This document shows positions 18,865-27,291 of a DNA stretch of 53,441 nucleotides, piece after piece; position 1 is the stretch's first letter, and every line of letters starts with the position of its first letter. Origin of the DNA: Oscillospiraceae bacterium (GTDB lineage Bacteria > Bacillota > Clostridia > Oscillospirales > Butyricicoccaceae); NCBI GenBank assembly GCA_045638565.1, contig JAZUBN010000021.1, positions 1 to 53,441 on the forward strand, written 5' to 3'. Both the position numbers and the translations under genes were made by a program. A model generated the notes under the pieces. It saw only the letters and a list, made by a program, of their open reading frames with translations, did not search any database and had not been told where the DNA came from.

Positions 18865-20145
18865 TTGAAATTAGAATTAGGTTACATCAAAATCTCCGAC
18901 ATTCAGTTTTCAAATGAATCCAAGGTAGAAAATGGCGTTCTCTACGTAAATCCAGAGGACATCATCAATCTCGTTAAGGAAGACGAAAACATCGCAAGCT
19001 GTACAGTTGATATCGCTCGTCCAGGCGAATCCATTCGTATTACTCCTGTTAAGGACGTTATCGAACCACGTGTTAAGGTTGAAGGCCCAGGCGAAATTTT
19101 CCCAGGCGTTATCGGTAAGGTAAACCGCGTTGGTGAAGGCCGTACACACGTTCTTAAGGGTGCTGCTGTTGTTACAACAGGTAGAATCGTTGGCTTCCAG
19201 GAAGGTATCATCGATATGGTTGGCGAAGGTGCTAAGTACACACCATTCTCCCAGACACTCAACCTCGTTCTCACAATGGAACCAGTTGATGGTCTTCGCC
19301 CACATGAACACGAAAAGGCTCTCCGTTTCGCAGGTCTCAAGACAGCTGTTTTCCTCGGTGAACTCGGCCGCAATGTAGAACCAGACGAAATCGAAACATT
19401 CGAATCCCTCAACGTTAAGGAAGGTATCGAAAAGTATCCTAACCTCCCACGCGTTGCTTACGTTCAGATGCTTCAGTCTCAGGGTCTTATGCATGACACA
19501 TATGTTTACGGTGTTGACGCAAAGCGTACACTCTCCACAATTATCATGCCTACAGAAATTATGGACGGCGCAATCCTCTCCGGTAACTGCGTATCCTCCA
19601 CAGACAAGAACACAACTTACCACCACCTTAACAACCCAGTTATCCACGACTTGTTCAAGGCTCACGGTAAGACACTCAACTTTGCTGGTATGATCATCAC
19701 AAACGAAAACGTTTACCTTGCTGACAAGGAACGTTCTTCTGACTGGGCTTCCAAGCTCTGCCAGTACCTCGGCGTTGACGGTGCTATCGTATCTCAGGAA
19801 GGCTTCGGTAACCCAGATACAGACCTTATCATGAATGCTAAGAAGATCGAAATGGTTGGCGTTAAGACTGTTATCATCACAGACGAATACGCAGGCCGTG
19901 ACGGTAGATCCCAGTCCCTCGCTGACGCAGACCCACTTGCAAACGCAGTAGTAACTGGTGGTAACGCAAACATGGTTATCCACCTTCCAAAGCTCGACAA
20001 GGTTATCGGTCATATCAACTTTGTTGACACAATCGCTGGTGGCTTCGATGGTTCCCTCCACGAAGATGGCACAATCGAATGTGAAGTACAGATCATCACA
20101 GGTGCTACAAACGAACTCGGCTTTAGCAAGCTGTCCGCAAGATAA
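18865..20145 (+). CDS. grdE: glycine reductase complex protein B, GrdE proprotein (alpha/beta subunits)
   Basis: LKLELGYIKISDIQFSNESKVENGVLYVN... is typical of the GrdE N-terminus. A putative self-cleavage Asn-Cys (SGN|C) lies at nt 19585-19590. A TTG start at 18865 has RBS GAGGTG at 7-nt spacing. ATG 18859 and GTG 18850 are alternatives. Confidence 0.88.
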   Translation: MKLELGYIKISDIQFSNESKVENGVLYVNPEDIINLVKEDENIASCTVDIARPGESIRITPVKDVIEPRVKVEGPGEIFPGVIGKVNRVGEGRTHVLKGAAVVTTGRIVGFQEGIIDMVGEGAKYTPFSQTLNLVLTMEPVDGLRPHEHEKALRFAGLKTAVFLGELGRNVEPDEIETFESLNVKEGIEKYPNLPRVAYVQMLQSQGLMHDTYVYGVDAKRTLSTIIMPTEIMDGAILSGNCVSSTDKNTTYHHLNNPVIHDLFKAHGKTLNFAGMIITNENVYLADKERSSDWASKLCQYLGVDGAIVSQEGFGNPDTDLIMNAKKIEMVGVKTVIITDEYAGRDGRSQSLADADPLANAVVTGGNANMVIHLPKLDKVIGHINFVDTIAGGFDGSLHEDGTIECEVQIITGATNELGFSKLSAR

Positions 20146-20163
20146 TTAAGGAGGTCACAATTA

Positions 20164-21489
20164 ATGGGAAAAATTAGAGTTGTACATTATGTCAACCAGT
20201 TCTTCGCAGGTATTGGTGGCGAAGAAAAGGCTGACCAGGTAGCGTTCAAGCAGGACGGTACTATGCCTATCGGTTCTCAGATCGAAAAGGCAATGCAGGC
20301 TATTAACGCAGATGTAGAAATCGTTGGTACAATCGTATGCGGCGACTCCTACTTCAATGAAAATCTCGAGAAGGCTAAGGCTGACATTCTCGAAATGGTA
20401 AAGAGCTATGAACCAGACCTCTTCATTGCAGGTCCAGCATTTAACGCAGGTCGTTACGGTGTTGCTTGTGGTACTATCACAGTAGAAGTTCAGGAACAGC
20501 TCAACATTCCTGTTCTCACAGGTATGTATAAGGAAAACCCAGGTGCTGATATGTACAAGACAAAGGTATATATCGTTCCTACAAAGGACTCCGCAGCTGG
20601 TGCTCGTGACGCTATCAAGAAGATGGCTCCTCTCGCTGTTAAGCTCGCAACAGGCCAGGAAATCCTCGCTTCTTGCGTAGATAACTATATGCCAAACGGT
20701 ATCCGTAAGAACTTCTTCGAAACAAAGCGTGGTTCTGAACGTGCTGTTGAAATGATGATCAAGAAGCTCGCTGGTAAGGAATTTGTTACAGAATTCCCAA
20801 TGCCTGACTTCGACCGTGTAGATCCAAACCCAGCTGTTAAGGATATGTCCAAGGCTCGTGTTGCTCTCGTTACATCCGGTGGTGTTGTTCCAAAGGGTAA
20901 CCCAGACCGTATCGAATCCTCTTCTGCTTCCAAGTACGGCGAATACTCCATCGCAGAATTCGACGATCTCACAGAAGAAACACACGAAACAGCTCACGGT
21001 GGTTACGACCCAGTTTACTGTAACCAGGACTCCGACCGCGTTCTTCCAGTTGACGTTCTTCGTGAAATGGAAAAGGCTGGCCGTATCGGTAAGCTCCACG
21101 AATACTTCTACACAACAACAGGTAACGGTACTGCTGTTCTTAACTCTGTTGCATTTGCTAAGGAATACTCCCAGAAGCTCGTTGCAGCAGGCGTAGACGC
21201 TGTAGTTCTCACTTCCACCTGAGGCACATGTACAAGATGCGGTGCATCTATGGTTAAGGAAATCGAACGCGCTGGTATCCCAGTTGTTCACATCTGCACA
21301 GTTACACCAATCTCCATGACAGTTGGTGCTAACAGAATCGTTCCAGCTATTGCTATCCCTCATCCACTCGGTAACCCAGCTCTCTCTATGGAAGAAGAAA
21401 AGGTTATCCGTCGTAAGATTGTTGAAACTGCTCTTCAGGCTCTCGAAACAGAAGTTGACAAGCAGACAATCTTCGAAGTTAAGTATTAA
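20164..21489 (+). CDS. grdB: glycine reductase selenoprotein B (Sec at codon 353, UGA 21220-21222)
   Basis: Track ORFs 20164-21222 and 21250-21489 are in the same frame. The junction reads VVLTST-UGA-GTCTRCGASMVKE, the canonical GrdB selenocysteine motif. RBS AAGGAGG. Confidence 0.93.
21235..21249 (+). promoter_or_regulatory. candidate SECIS apical hairpin for grdB
   Basis: AGATGC-GGT-GCATCT is a 6-bp stem with G and U in the loop, beginning 13 nt after the UGA. This spacing and loop type match bacterial SECIS elements. I could only see a weak lower stem. Confidence 0.55.
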
Positions 21490-21509
21490 TATTACAAACC
21501 ACTATATTG

Positions 21510-21540
21510 CAGACAGGGCTAACTGTGTTAGCCCAGTCTG
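21510..21540 (+). other. intercistronic stem-loop between grdB and trxB
   Basis: CAGACAGGGCTAAC-tgt-GTTAGCCCAGTCTG is a 14-bp stem with one mismatch and no T-run. Possibly an RNA processing or stability element or a partial terminator. Confidence 0.55.
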
Positions 21541-21571
21541 TGTGTAATTCAATTATAGGAGATTACAAAAA

Positions 21572-22510
21572 ATGAGCAAGATTTATGACGTAATCGTTCT
21601 CGGCGCAGGCCCTGCTGGCCTCGCTGCTGGTCTTTACGCTGGCAGATCCCGTCTTTCCGTACTCATCATTGAAAAGGGTCAGGACGGCGGTCAGATCGCT
21701 ATCACAGACGAAATCGAAAACTACCCAGGTCAGGTAGAAGGCGATTCCGGCCCATCCCTCATCGCTCGTATGACAGAACAGGCTAAGCACTTCGGTGCAG
21801 AACGTGTTTCTGACCTCATCAAGAGCGTAGAACTCGAAGGCGACGTTAAGAAGCTCGTTGGTGCTAAGGGCGAATACCTCGGCAAGACAGTTATCGTTGC
21901 TACAGGCGCTTTCCCTAAGCCAATCGGCTGTGAAAACGAAGGCAAGTTCGTTGGTAAGGGTATTTCCTTCTGCGCAACATGTGACGCTGCATTCTTCGAA
22001 GATTTCGAAGTATTCGTAGTTGGTGGTGGTGACTCTGCTGTTGAAGAAGCTATGTACCTCACAAAGTTCGCACGTAAGGTTACAATCATCCACAGACGTG
22101 ACCAGCTCCGTGCTGCTAAGTCCATCCAGGAAAAGGCATTCAAGAATCCAAAGATCGAATTCATGTGGGATACAGTTGTTGAACGCGTTGAAGGCGATGA
22201 AATGCTCGAAGCTATGATCGTTAAGAATGTTAAGACAGGCGAAACAAAGCGTATCGAAGCTGACGAAGAAGATGGTATCTTCGGTCTCTTCGGCTTTATC
22301 GGCTACAATCCTAACTCTTCCCTCTTCGAAGGCATTCTCGATATGGAATACGGTTACATCAAGACAGATGACAACATGCACACAAACATCGAAGGTGTTT
22401 ATGCTGCTGGTGACATCCGTGTTAAGAGCCTTCGCCAGGTTGTTACAGCTGCTGCTGACGGCGCTATCGCTGCTATGCAGGCTGAACACTACCTTGCAAA
22501 CAAGGAATAA
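21572..22510 (+). CDS. trxB: thioredoxin-disulfide reductase
   Basis: 312 aa. VIVLGAGPAGLAAG (FAD), redox CATCD, GGGDSAVEEA (NADPH). Confidence 0.93.
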   Translation: MSKIYDVIVLGAGPAGLAAGLYAGRSRLSVLIIEKGQDGGQIAITDEIENYPGQVEGDSGPSLIARMTEQAKHFGAERVSDLIKSVELEGDVKKLVGAKGEYLGKTVIVATGAFPKPIGCENEGKFVGKGISFCATCDAAFFEDFEVFVVGGGDSAVEEAMYLTKFARKVTIIHRRDQLRAAKSIQEKAFKNPKIEFMWDTVVERVEGDEMLEAMIVKNVKTGETKRIEADEEDGIFGLFGFIGYNPNSSLFEGILDMEYGYIKTDDNMHTNIEGVYAAGDIRVKSLRQVVTAAADGAIAAMQAEHYLANKE

Positions 22511-22554
22511 TTTCCTTTTTAATTAACAAATAATATTCAAGGAGGACACTAACT

Positions 22555-22878
22555 ATGTCTATGCTCGAACTCGATAAGAACACTTTTGAACCAGAAGTTC
22601 TCAACGCTGAAGGTAAGGTATTCGTAGACTTCTATGGCGACGGTTGCGTTCCATGTAAGGCTCTTATGCCATTCGTTCACGAATGCGCTGAAAAGTATCA
22701 TGAACACATGAAGTTCTGTGCTCTCAATACAACAGCTGCACGTCGTCTCGCTATTAAGCAGGGTATCATGGGTCTCCCAGTTCTCGCTATCTACGAAGGC
22801 GGCAAGATGATCGCTTCCTGCGTTAAGGATGACGCTACAGAAGAAAACATCGAAAACATGATCAAGGCTCACATCTAA
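22555..22878 (+). CDS. trxA: thioredoxin, glycine-reductase type (GCVPC active site)
   Basis: 107 aa. FYGDGCVPCKALMP replaces the usual WCGPC. This matches what I recall for thioredoxins of glycine-reductase systems. Confidence 0.88.
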   Translation: MSMLELDKNTFEPEVLNAEGKVFVDFYGDGCVPCKALMPFVHECAEKYHEHMKFCALNTTAARRLAIKQGIMGLPVLAIYEGGKMIASCVKDDATEENIENMIKAHI

Positions 22879-23007
22879 TTATATTAGATTAAAGCATATT
22901 ATCAAACTTTTATCGTGTAAAACCGCTTTGGTAGGGCGGATTTACAAGTGTACCTCACGTGCACTATAAAAAATTCTACAAATAAATCGAAGAAGGAGGA
23001 TTTTACC

Positions 23008-23478
23008 ATGAGCTTGTTAGAAGGCAAGAAGGTAATCATTATCGGCGATAGAGACGGTATTCCAGGCGACGCTATTGCTGAATGTGCTACAAGCGCTGGT
23101 GCGGAAGTAATCTACTCCTCAACGGAGTGCTTCGTCTGAACAGCTGCTGGTGCAATGGACTTGGAAAATCAGAAGAGAGTTAAGGAATTCACAGAAGAAT
23201 TCGGTGGCGAGAACATCGTTGTTCTCCTCGGTGCTGCTGAAGGTGAAGCATCCGGCCTTGCTGCTGAAACAGTAACAGCTGGCGACCCTACATTTGCTGG
23301 TCCATTGACAGGAGTCTCGTTGGGACTCAAGGTTTACCATGTTTGCGAACCTGAAATTAAGGAACTTATTGCTGAAGACGTTTACGAAGAACAGATTTCT
23401 ATGATGGAAATGGTTCTCGACGTTGATGATATCATCAGCGAAATGACAGCTATCCGCGACGAGTTCTGCAAGTACTAA
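23008..23478 (+). CDS. grdA: glycine reductase selenoprotein A (Sec at codon 44, UGA 23137-23139)
   Basis: [20 protein letters not shown]...[20 protein letters not shown]. Track ORFs 22948-23139 and 23155-23478 are in the same frame. Real start is ATG 23008 with RBS GAAGGAGGA. Confidence 0.95.
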
Positions 23479-23495
23479 TTTTTGTGGAATTACCC

Positions 23496-23531
23496 CTTAA
23501 AGTGATATGGCCTCGGCCATATCACTTTAAG
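23496..23531 (+). other. very stable stem-loop directly after grdA
   Basis: CTTAAAGTGATATGGCC-tc-GGCCATATCACTTTAAG is a perfect 17-nt inverted repeat with no adjacent T-run. A weaker hairpin, AAAGCTAT-N9-ATAGCTTT plus a T-rich tail, follows at 23554-23585. Confidence 0.65.
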
Positions 23532-23651
23532 CCATATTTGGGGTTAATAGATAAAAGCTATTGAAATATGATAGCTTTATTTGCATATCTAATAATTTTA
23601 ATAGCTTTTCTGTATTAATTTACAAATTTTATTTTATGGAGGAAAACTTCA

Positions 23652-25190
23652 ATGAATAGCGTAGTAAAAGGCACTGGCTATATCCTGGTTCACACACCAG
23701 ATATGATCATCCGCAATGGTACAACTCAGACAACAGAAATGATTGTTAACCCTGGTTCCGAATACCTCAAGGAACTCCCAAATCATATCAGAACATATGA
23801 TCAGGCTGTTAACTACTATCCAAACCAGACATACATCGGCAACATGACTCCTGCTGAACTCGCAGCAATCCCAACACCTTGGTACGATAAGCCAATGGAA
23901 AATGCTCCACGTTACGGTAAGTTTGGTGAAATTATGCCAGAAGCAGAATTCTACATCCTTATGCAGACATGTGACGTATTTGACCTTATGCGTCTCCACA
24001 AGGACTTCGTTGCTGAACACATCGAAGCTTTCAAGGCTAACCCAATCATCGACGAAACAATCGTTGCACGCGTTCACGCTGGCGTTGAACAGGACGAAAT
24101 CGAACATTTCGTAAACGACGAACACGCTGAAGGCATCTACTTCAACGACAAGCTCGTTGGTTACCTCAAGAGAGCTCACGACGTTGACGTTAACCTCTCT
24201 GCACACGTTATGCTCGAAAACATCGTTTCCAAGGCTTCCTCCGTTCTCGCAACACTTTACGCTGTTCAGAACGCAGGCATCAACAAGGAAGATGTTGACT
24301 ACATCATCGACTGCTGTGAAGAAGCTTGCGGCGATATGAATCAGCGCGGCGGCGGTAACTTCGCTAAGGCAACTGCTGAAATCGCAGGTCTCGTAAATGC
24401 TTCCGGTTCCGACGTTCGTGGCTTCTGCGCAGGTCCAGCTCACGCTATCGTTGACGCTGCTTCCCTCGTAAAGTCCGGCGCATTCAAGTGCGTAATCGTT
24501 TCCGCTGGTGGCTGCACAGCTAAGCTCGGTATGAACGGTAAGGACCACGTTAAGAAGGGTCTCCCAATCCTCGAAGACGTTCTCGGTGGCTTTGCTATCG
24601 TTATCACAGAAAATGACGGCGAATCTGCTGAAATCAACCTCGACATCCTCGGCAAGCACTCTGTTGGTACAGGCTCTGCTCCACAGAAGGTTATCTCTGC
24701 TCTCGTAACATCCGGTCTCGAAAAGGCTGGCCTCAAGATCACAGATATCGACAAGTACTCCCCAGAAATGCAGAACCCAGACGTTACAGTTCCAGCAGGC
24801 GCAGGTGACGTTCCACTCGGCAACTACAAGATGATCGCTGCTCTCGCTGTTAAGAATGGCGAAATCGACAAGAAGGATCTTGCTACATTCCCAGCTAAGC
24901 ACGGTATGATGGGTTGGGCTCCAACACAGGGTCATATTCCATCTGGCGTTCCATACATTGGCTTCGCTCGTGAAGAAATCATGAGAGGCGAAATCAAGAA
25001 GGCTATGATCATCGGTAAGGGTTCTCTCTTCCTCGGCCGTATGACAAACCTCTTCGACGGTATGTCTTTCGTTATGCAGACAAATACATCTGCTGAAGCT
25101 CAGCAGGCTGCAGGCGTATCCGAAGACGAAGTAAAGGTACTTATCGGTAAGGCTCTTAAGGAATTCGCAGCTAACCTCATCGCTGAATAA
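23652..25190 (+). CDS. grdC: glycine reductase complex protein C, beta subunit
   Basis: 512 aa. The N-terminus MNSVVKGTGYILVHTPDMIIRNGTTQT and its length and position match GrdC. RBS GGAGGA. Confidence 0.88.
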   Translation: MNSVVKGTGYILVHTPDMIIRNGTTQTTEMIVNPGSEYLKELPNHIRTYDQAVNYYPNQTYIGNMTPAELAAIPTPWYDKPMENAPRYGKFGEIMPEAEFYILMQTCDVFDLMRLHKDFVAEHIEAFKANPIIDETIVARVHAGVEQDEIEHFVNDEHAEGIYFNDKLVGYLKRAHDVDVNLSAHVMLENIVSKASSVLATLYAVQNAGINKEDVDYIIDCCEEACGDMNQRGGGNFAKATAEIAGLVNASGSDVRGFCAGPAHAIVDAASLVKSGAFKCVIVSAGGCTAKLGMNGKDHVKKGLPILEDVLGGFAIVITENDGESAEINLDILGKHSVGTGSAPQKVISALVTSGLEKAGLKITDIDKYSPEMQNPDVTVPAGAGDVPLGNYKMIAALAVKNGEIDKKDLATFPAKHGMMGWAPTQGHIPSGVPYIGFAREEIMRGEIKKAMIIGKGSLFLGRMTNLFDGMSFVMQTNTSAEAQQAAGVSEDEVKVLIGKALKEFAANLIAE

Positions 25191-25204
25191 GGGGGACGCT
25201 AACA

Positions 25205-26359
25205 ATGTCTATTGAAAAAATCATTGCTAAGACTTTCGAAGAACTCGGCGAAGGTCTTATCTCCGGCAACTTCGGCTCCAAGCCAAAGATTGCTATTACA
25301 GGTATGGGTTCCGAACTCGGCGAAGAAAACGCAATGGCTGGCGCAGTTATGGCTGCAAAGCAGGGCGTAGACGTTTACTTCATCGGTACTCTTACACACC
25401 CACTCGTTAAGACTGTTGCAGTTAAGGACGAAGAAGAAGGCCACAAGAAGATGGAAGAACTCGTTGAAACAGGCGCAGTTGATGGCGCAGTTACAATGCA
25501 CTTCCCATTCCCAATCGGCGTTTCTACAGTAGGCCGCGTTGTTACACCTGCTAAGGGTAAGGAAATGTTCGTTGCTACAACAACAGGTACATCTTCCTCC
25601 GACCGTATCGAAGGTATGATCAAGAACGCTATCTACGGTATCATCGCTGCTAAGGCTACAGGCATCGAAAACCCAACAGTTGGTATCCTCAACGTTGACG
25701 GTGCTCGTCAGACAGAAATCGCTCTCAAGAAGCTCCAGGAAAATGGCTACCCAATCACATTCGCAACATCCGGTCGTTCCGACGGCGGCTGCGTAATGCG
25801 TGGTAACGACGTTCTCATGGCTTCTCCAGACGTTATGGTAACAGACTCCCTCACAGGTAATATCCTCATGAAGCTCATGAGCTCCTTCACAACAGGCGGC
25901 TCCTTCGAAGCTACAGGTTACGGCTACGGCCCTGGTATCGGTGAAGGTTATGACAAGATGATCCTCATCGTTTCCCGTGCTTCCGGTGCTCCAGTTATCG
26001 CTGGCGCTCTCAAGTATGCTGCTGAACTCGCAAAGAACAAGTTCTTCCAGGTAGCAGCAAACGAATTTGCACTTGCTAACAAGGCAGGTCTCAAGAAGCT
26101 TCTCGAAGAAAGAAAGGCAGCAGCTAAGCCAGCTGCAGCTGAAGCTGAAGAAGTTAAGGCTCCACCAACAGAAATCGTAACAGCTCAGATCCCAGGTGTT
26201 GAAATCATGGACCTCGAAGACGCTGTTAAGGTTGTCTGGAAGGAAGGCGTATACGCTCAGAGCGGTATGGGCTGCACAGGTCCTATCATCCTCGTTTCCG
26301 AAGCTAACCTCGAAAAGGCAAGAGAAATCCTCAAGAAGGCTGGCTACATCCAGGAATAA
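25205..26359 (+). CDS. grdD: glycine reductase complex protein C, alpha subunit
   Basis: 384 aa and PlsX-like. It directly follows grdC. RBS AGGGGGA. Confidence 0.88.
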   Translation: MSIEKIIAKTFEELGEGLISGNFGSKPKIAITGMGSELGEENAMAGAVMAAKQGVDVYFIGTLTHPLVKTVAVKDEEEGHKKMEELVETGAVDGAVTMHFPFPIGVSTVGRVVTPAKGKEMFVATTTGTSSSDRIEGMIKNAIYGIIAAKATGIENPTVGILNVDGARQTEIALKKLQENGYPITFATSGRSDGGCVMRGNDVLMASPDVMVTDSLTGNILMKLMSSFTTGGSFEATGYGYGPGIGEGYDKMILIVSRASGAPVIAGALKYAAELAKNKFFQVAANEFALANKAGLKKLLEERKAAAKPAAAEAEEVKAPPTEIVTAQIPGVEIMDLEDAVKVVWKEGVYAQSGMGCTGPIILVSEANLEKAREILKKAGYIQE

Positions 26360-26370
26360 TTTAATTGCAT

Positions 26371-26399
26371 AAAGGGCAAAGCAATCCTTTGCCCTTTTG
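26371..26399 (+). terminator. rho-independent terminator after grdD
   Basis: AAAGGGCAAAG-caatc-CTTTGCCCTTTT. Confidence 0.8.
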
Positions 26400-26448
26400 C
26401 AGGTTATTACATTACTATATAAAAATATAAAAAGGGGAAGCAAATAAA

Positions 26449-27291
26449 ATGTACAAGATTTTGCGTCGTGAAGACCTTAATGAACAGGTCGTACTGATGG
26501 AAATTGAAGCTCCTATCGTTGCAAAGAAGTGCAAGGCAGGCCAGTTCATTATCCTCCGCGTAAACGAAGAAGGCGAAAGAATCCCACTCACAGTTGCTGA
26601 TTACGACCGTGAAAAGGGCACAGTTACTATCATCTTCCAGATCGTTGGTAAGACAACTAAGATCCTCTCTGAAAAGAAGCAGGGCGAATACATCCAGGAC
26701 TTCGTAGGTCCTCTCGGTAAGGCATCTGAAATCGAAGGCAAGAAGGTTGCTATCATCGGTGGTGGTCTCGGCTGTGCTATCGCATATCCACAGGCTAAGG
26801 CATTCCACGAAGCAGGCGTAGAAGTTGACCTCATCGCTGGCTTCCGTAACAAGGACTTCGTTATCCTTGAAGAAGAAATGAAGGCTGCATGTAACAGACT
26901 CCACATCGTAACAGATGACGGTTCCTACATTGAAAAGGCTCTCGTTACAAATAAGCTCGAACAGCTCATCAACGAAGGCAACGAATACGATCTCGTTATC
27001 GCTATCGGTCCACTCGTAATGATGAAGTTCGTATGTCTCCTCACAAAGAAGTACAACCTCAAGACTATCGTTTCCATGAACCCAATCATGATCGATGGTA
27101 CAGGTATGTGCGGCTGCTGCCGTGTAACAGTTGGCGGCGAAACAAAGTTCGCTTGCGTTGACGGCCCAGACTTCGATGGCCACCTCATCGACTTTGATGA
27201 AGTTATCCGTCGTTCCAGAATGTACTCCATCGAAGAACGTCAGTCTATGGAAGATCACAAGCACAAGTGTAATTTGGAGGGTATGAACTAA
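26449..27291 (+). CDS. nfnA: sulfide/dihydroorotate dehydrogenase-like FAD/NAD-binding protein (NfnA-type small subunit)
   Basis: 280 aa. FNR-like fold motifs RIPLTVADYD and GGGLGCA. C-terminal 2Fe-2S cluster motif GTGMCGCCRV...CVDGP. Confidence 0.8.
   Translation: MYKILRREDLNEQVVLMEIEAPIVAKKCKAGQFIILRVNEEGERIPLTVADYDREKGTVTIIFQIVGKTTKILSEKKQGEYIQDFVGPLGKASEIEGKKVAIIGGGLGCAIAYPQAKAFHEAGVEVDLIAGFRNKDFVILEEEMKAACNRLHIVTDDGSYIEKALVTNKLEQLINEGNEYDLVIAIGPLVMMKFVCLLTKKYNLKTIVSMNPIMIDGTGMCGCCRVTVGGETKFACVDGPDFDGHLIDFDEVIRRSRMYSIEERQSMEDHKHKCNLEGMN

Noticed and set aside
21250-21489. 21250-21489 and 23155-23478 as independent small genes.
   Set aside because: Both are in frame with, and only 27 and 15 nt downstream of, ORFs that end at UGA in canonical Sec motifs. 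They were merged into grdB and grdA.
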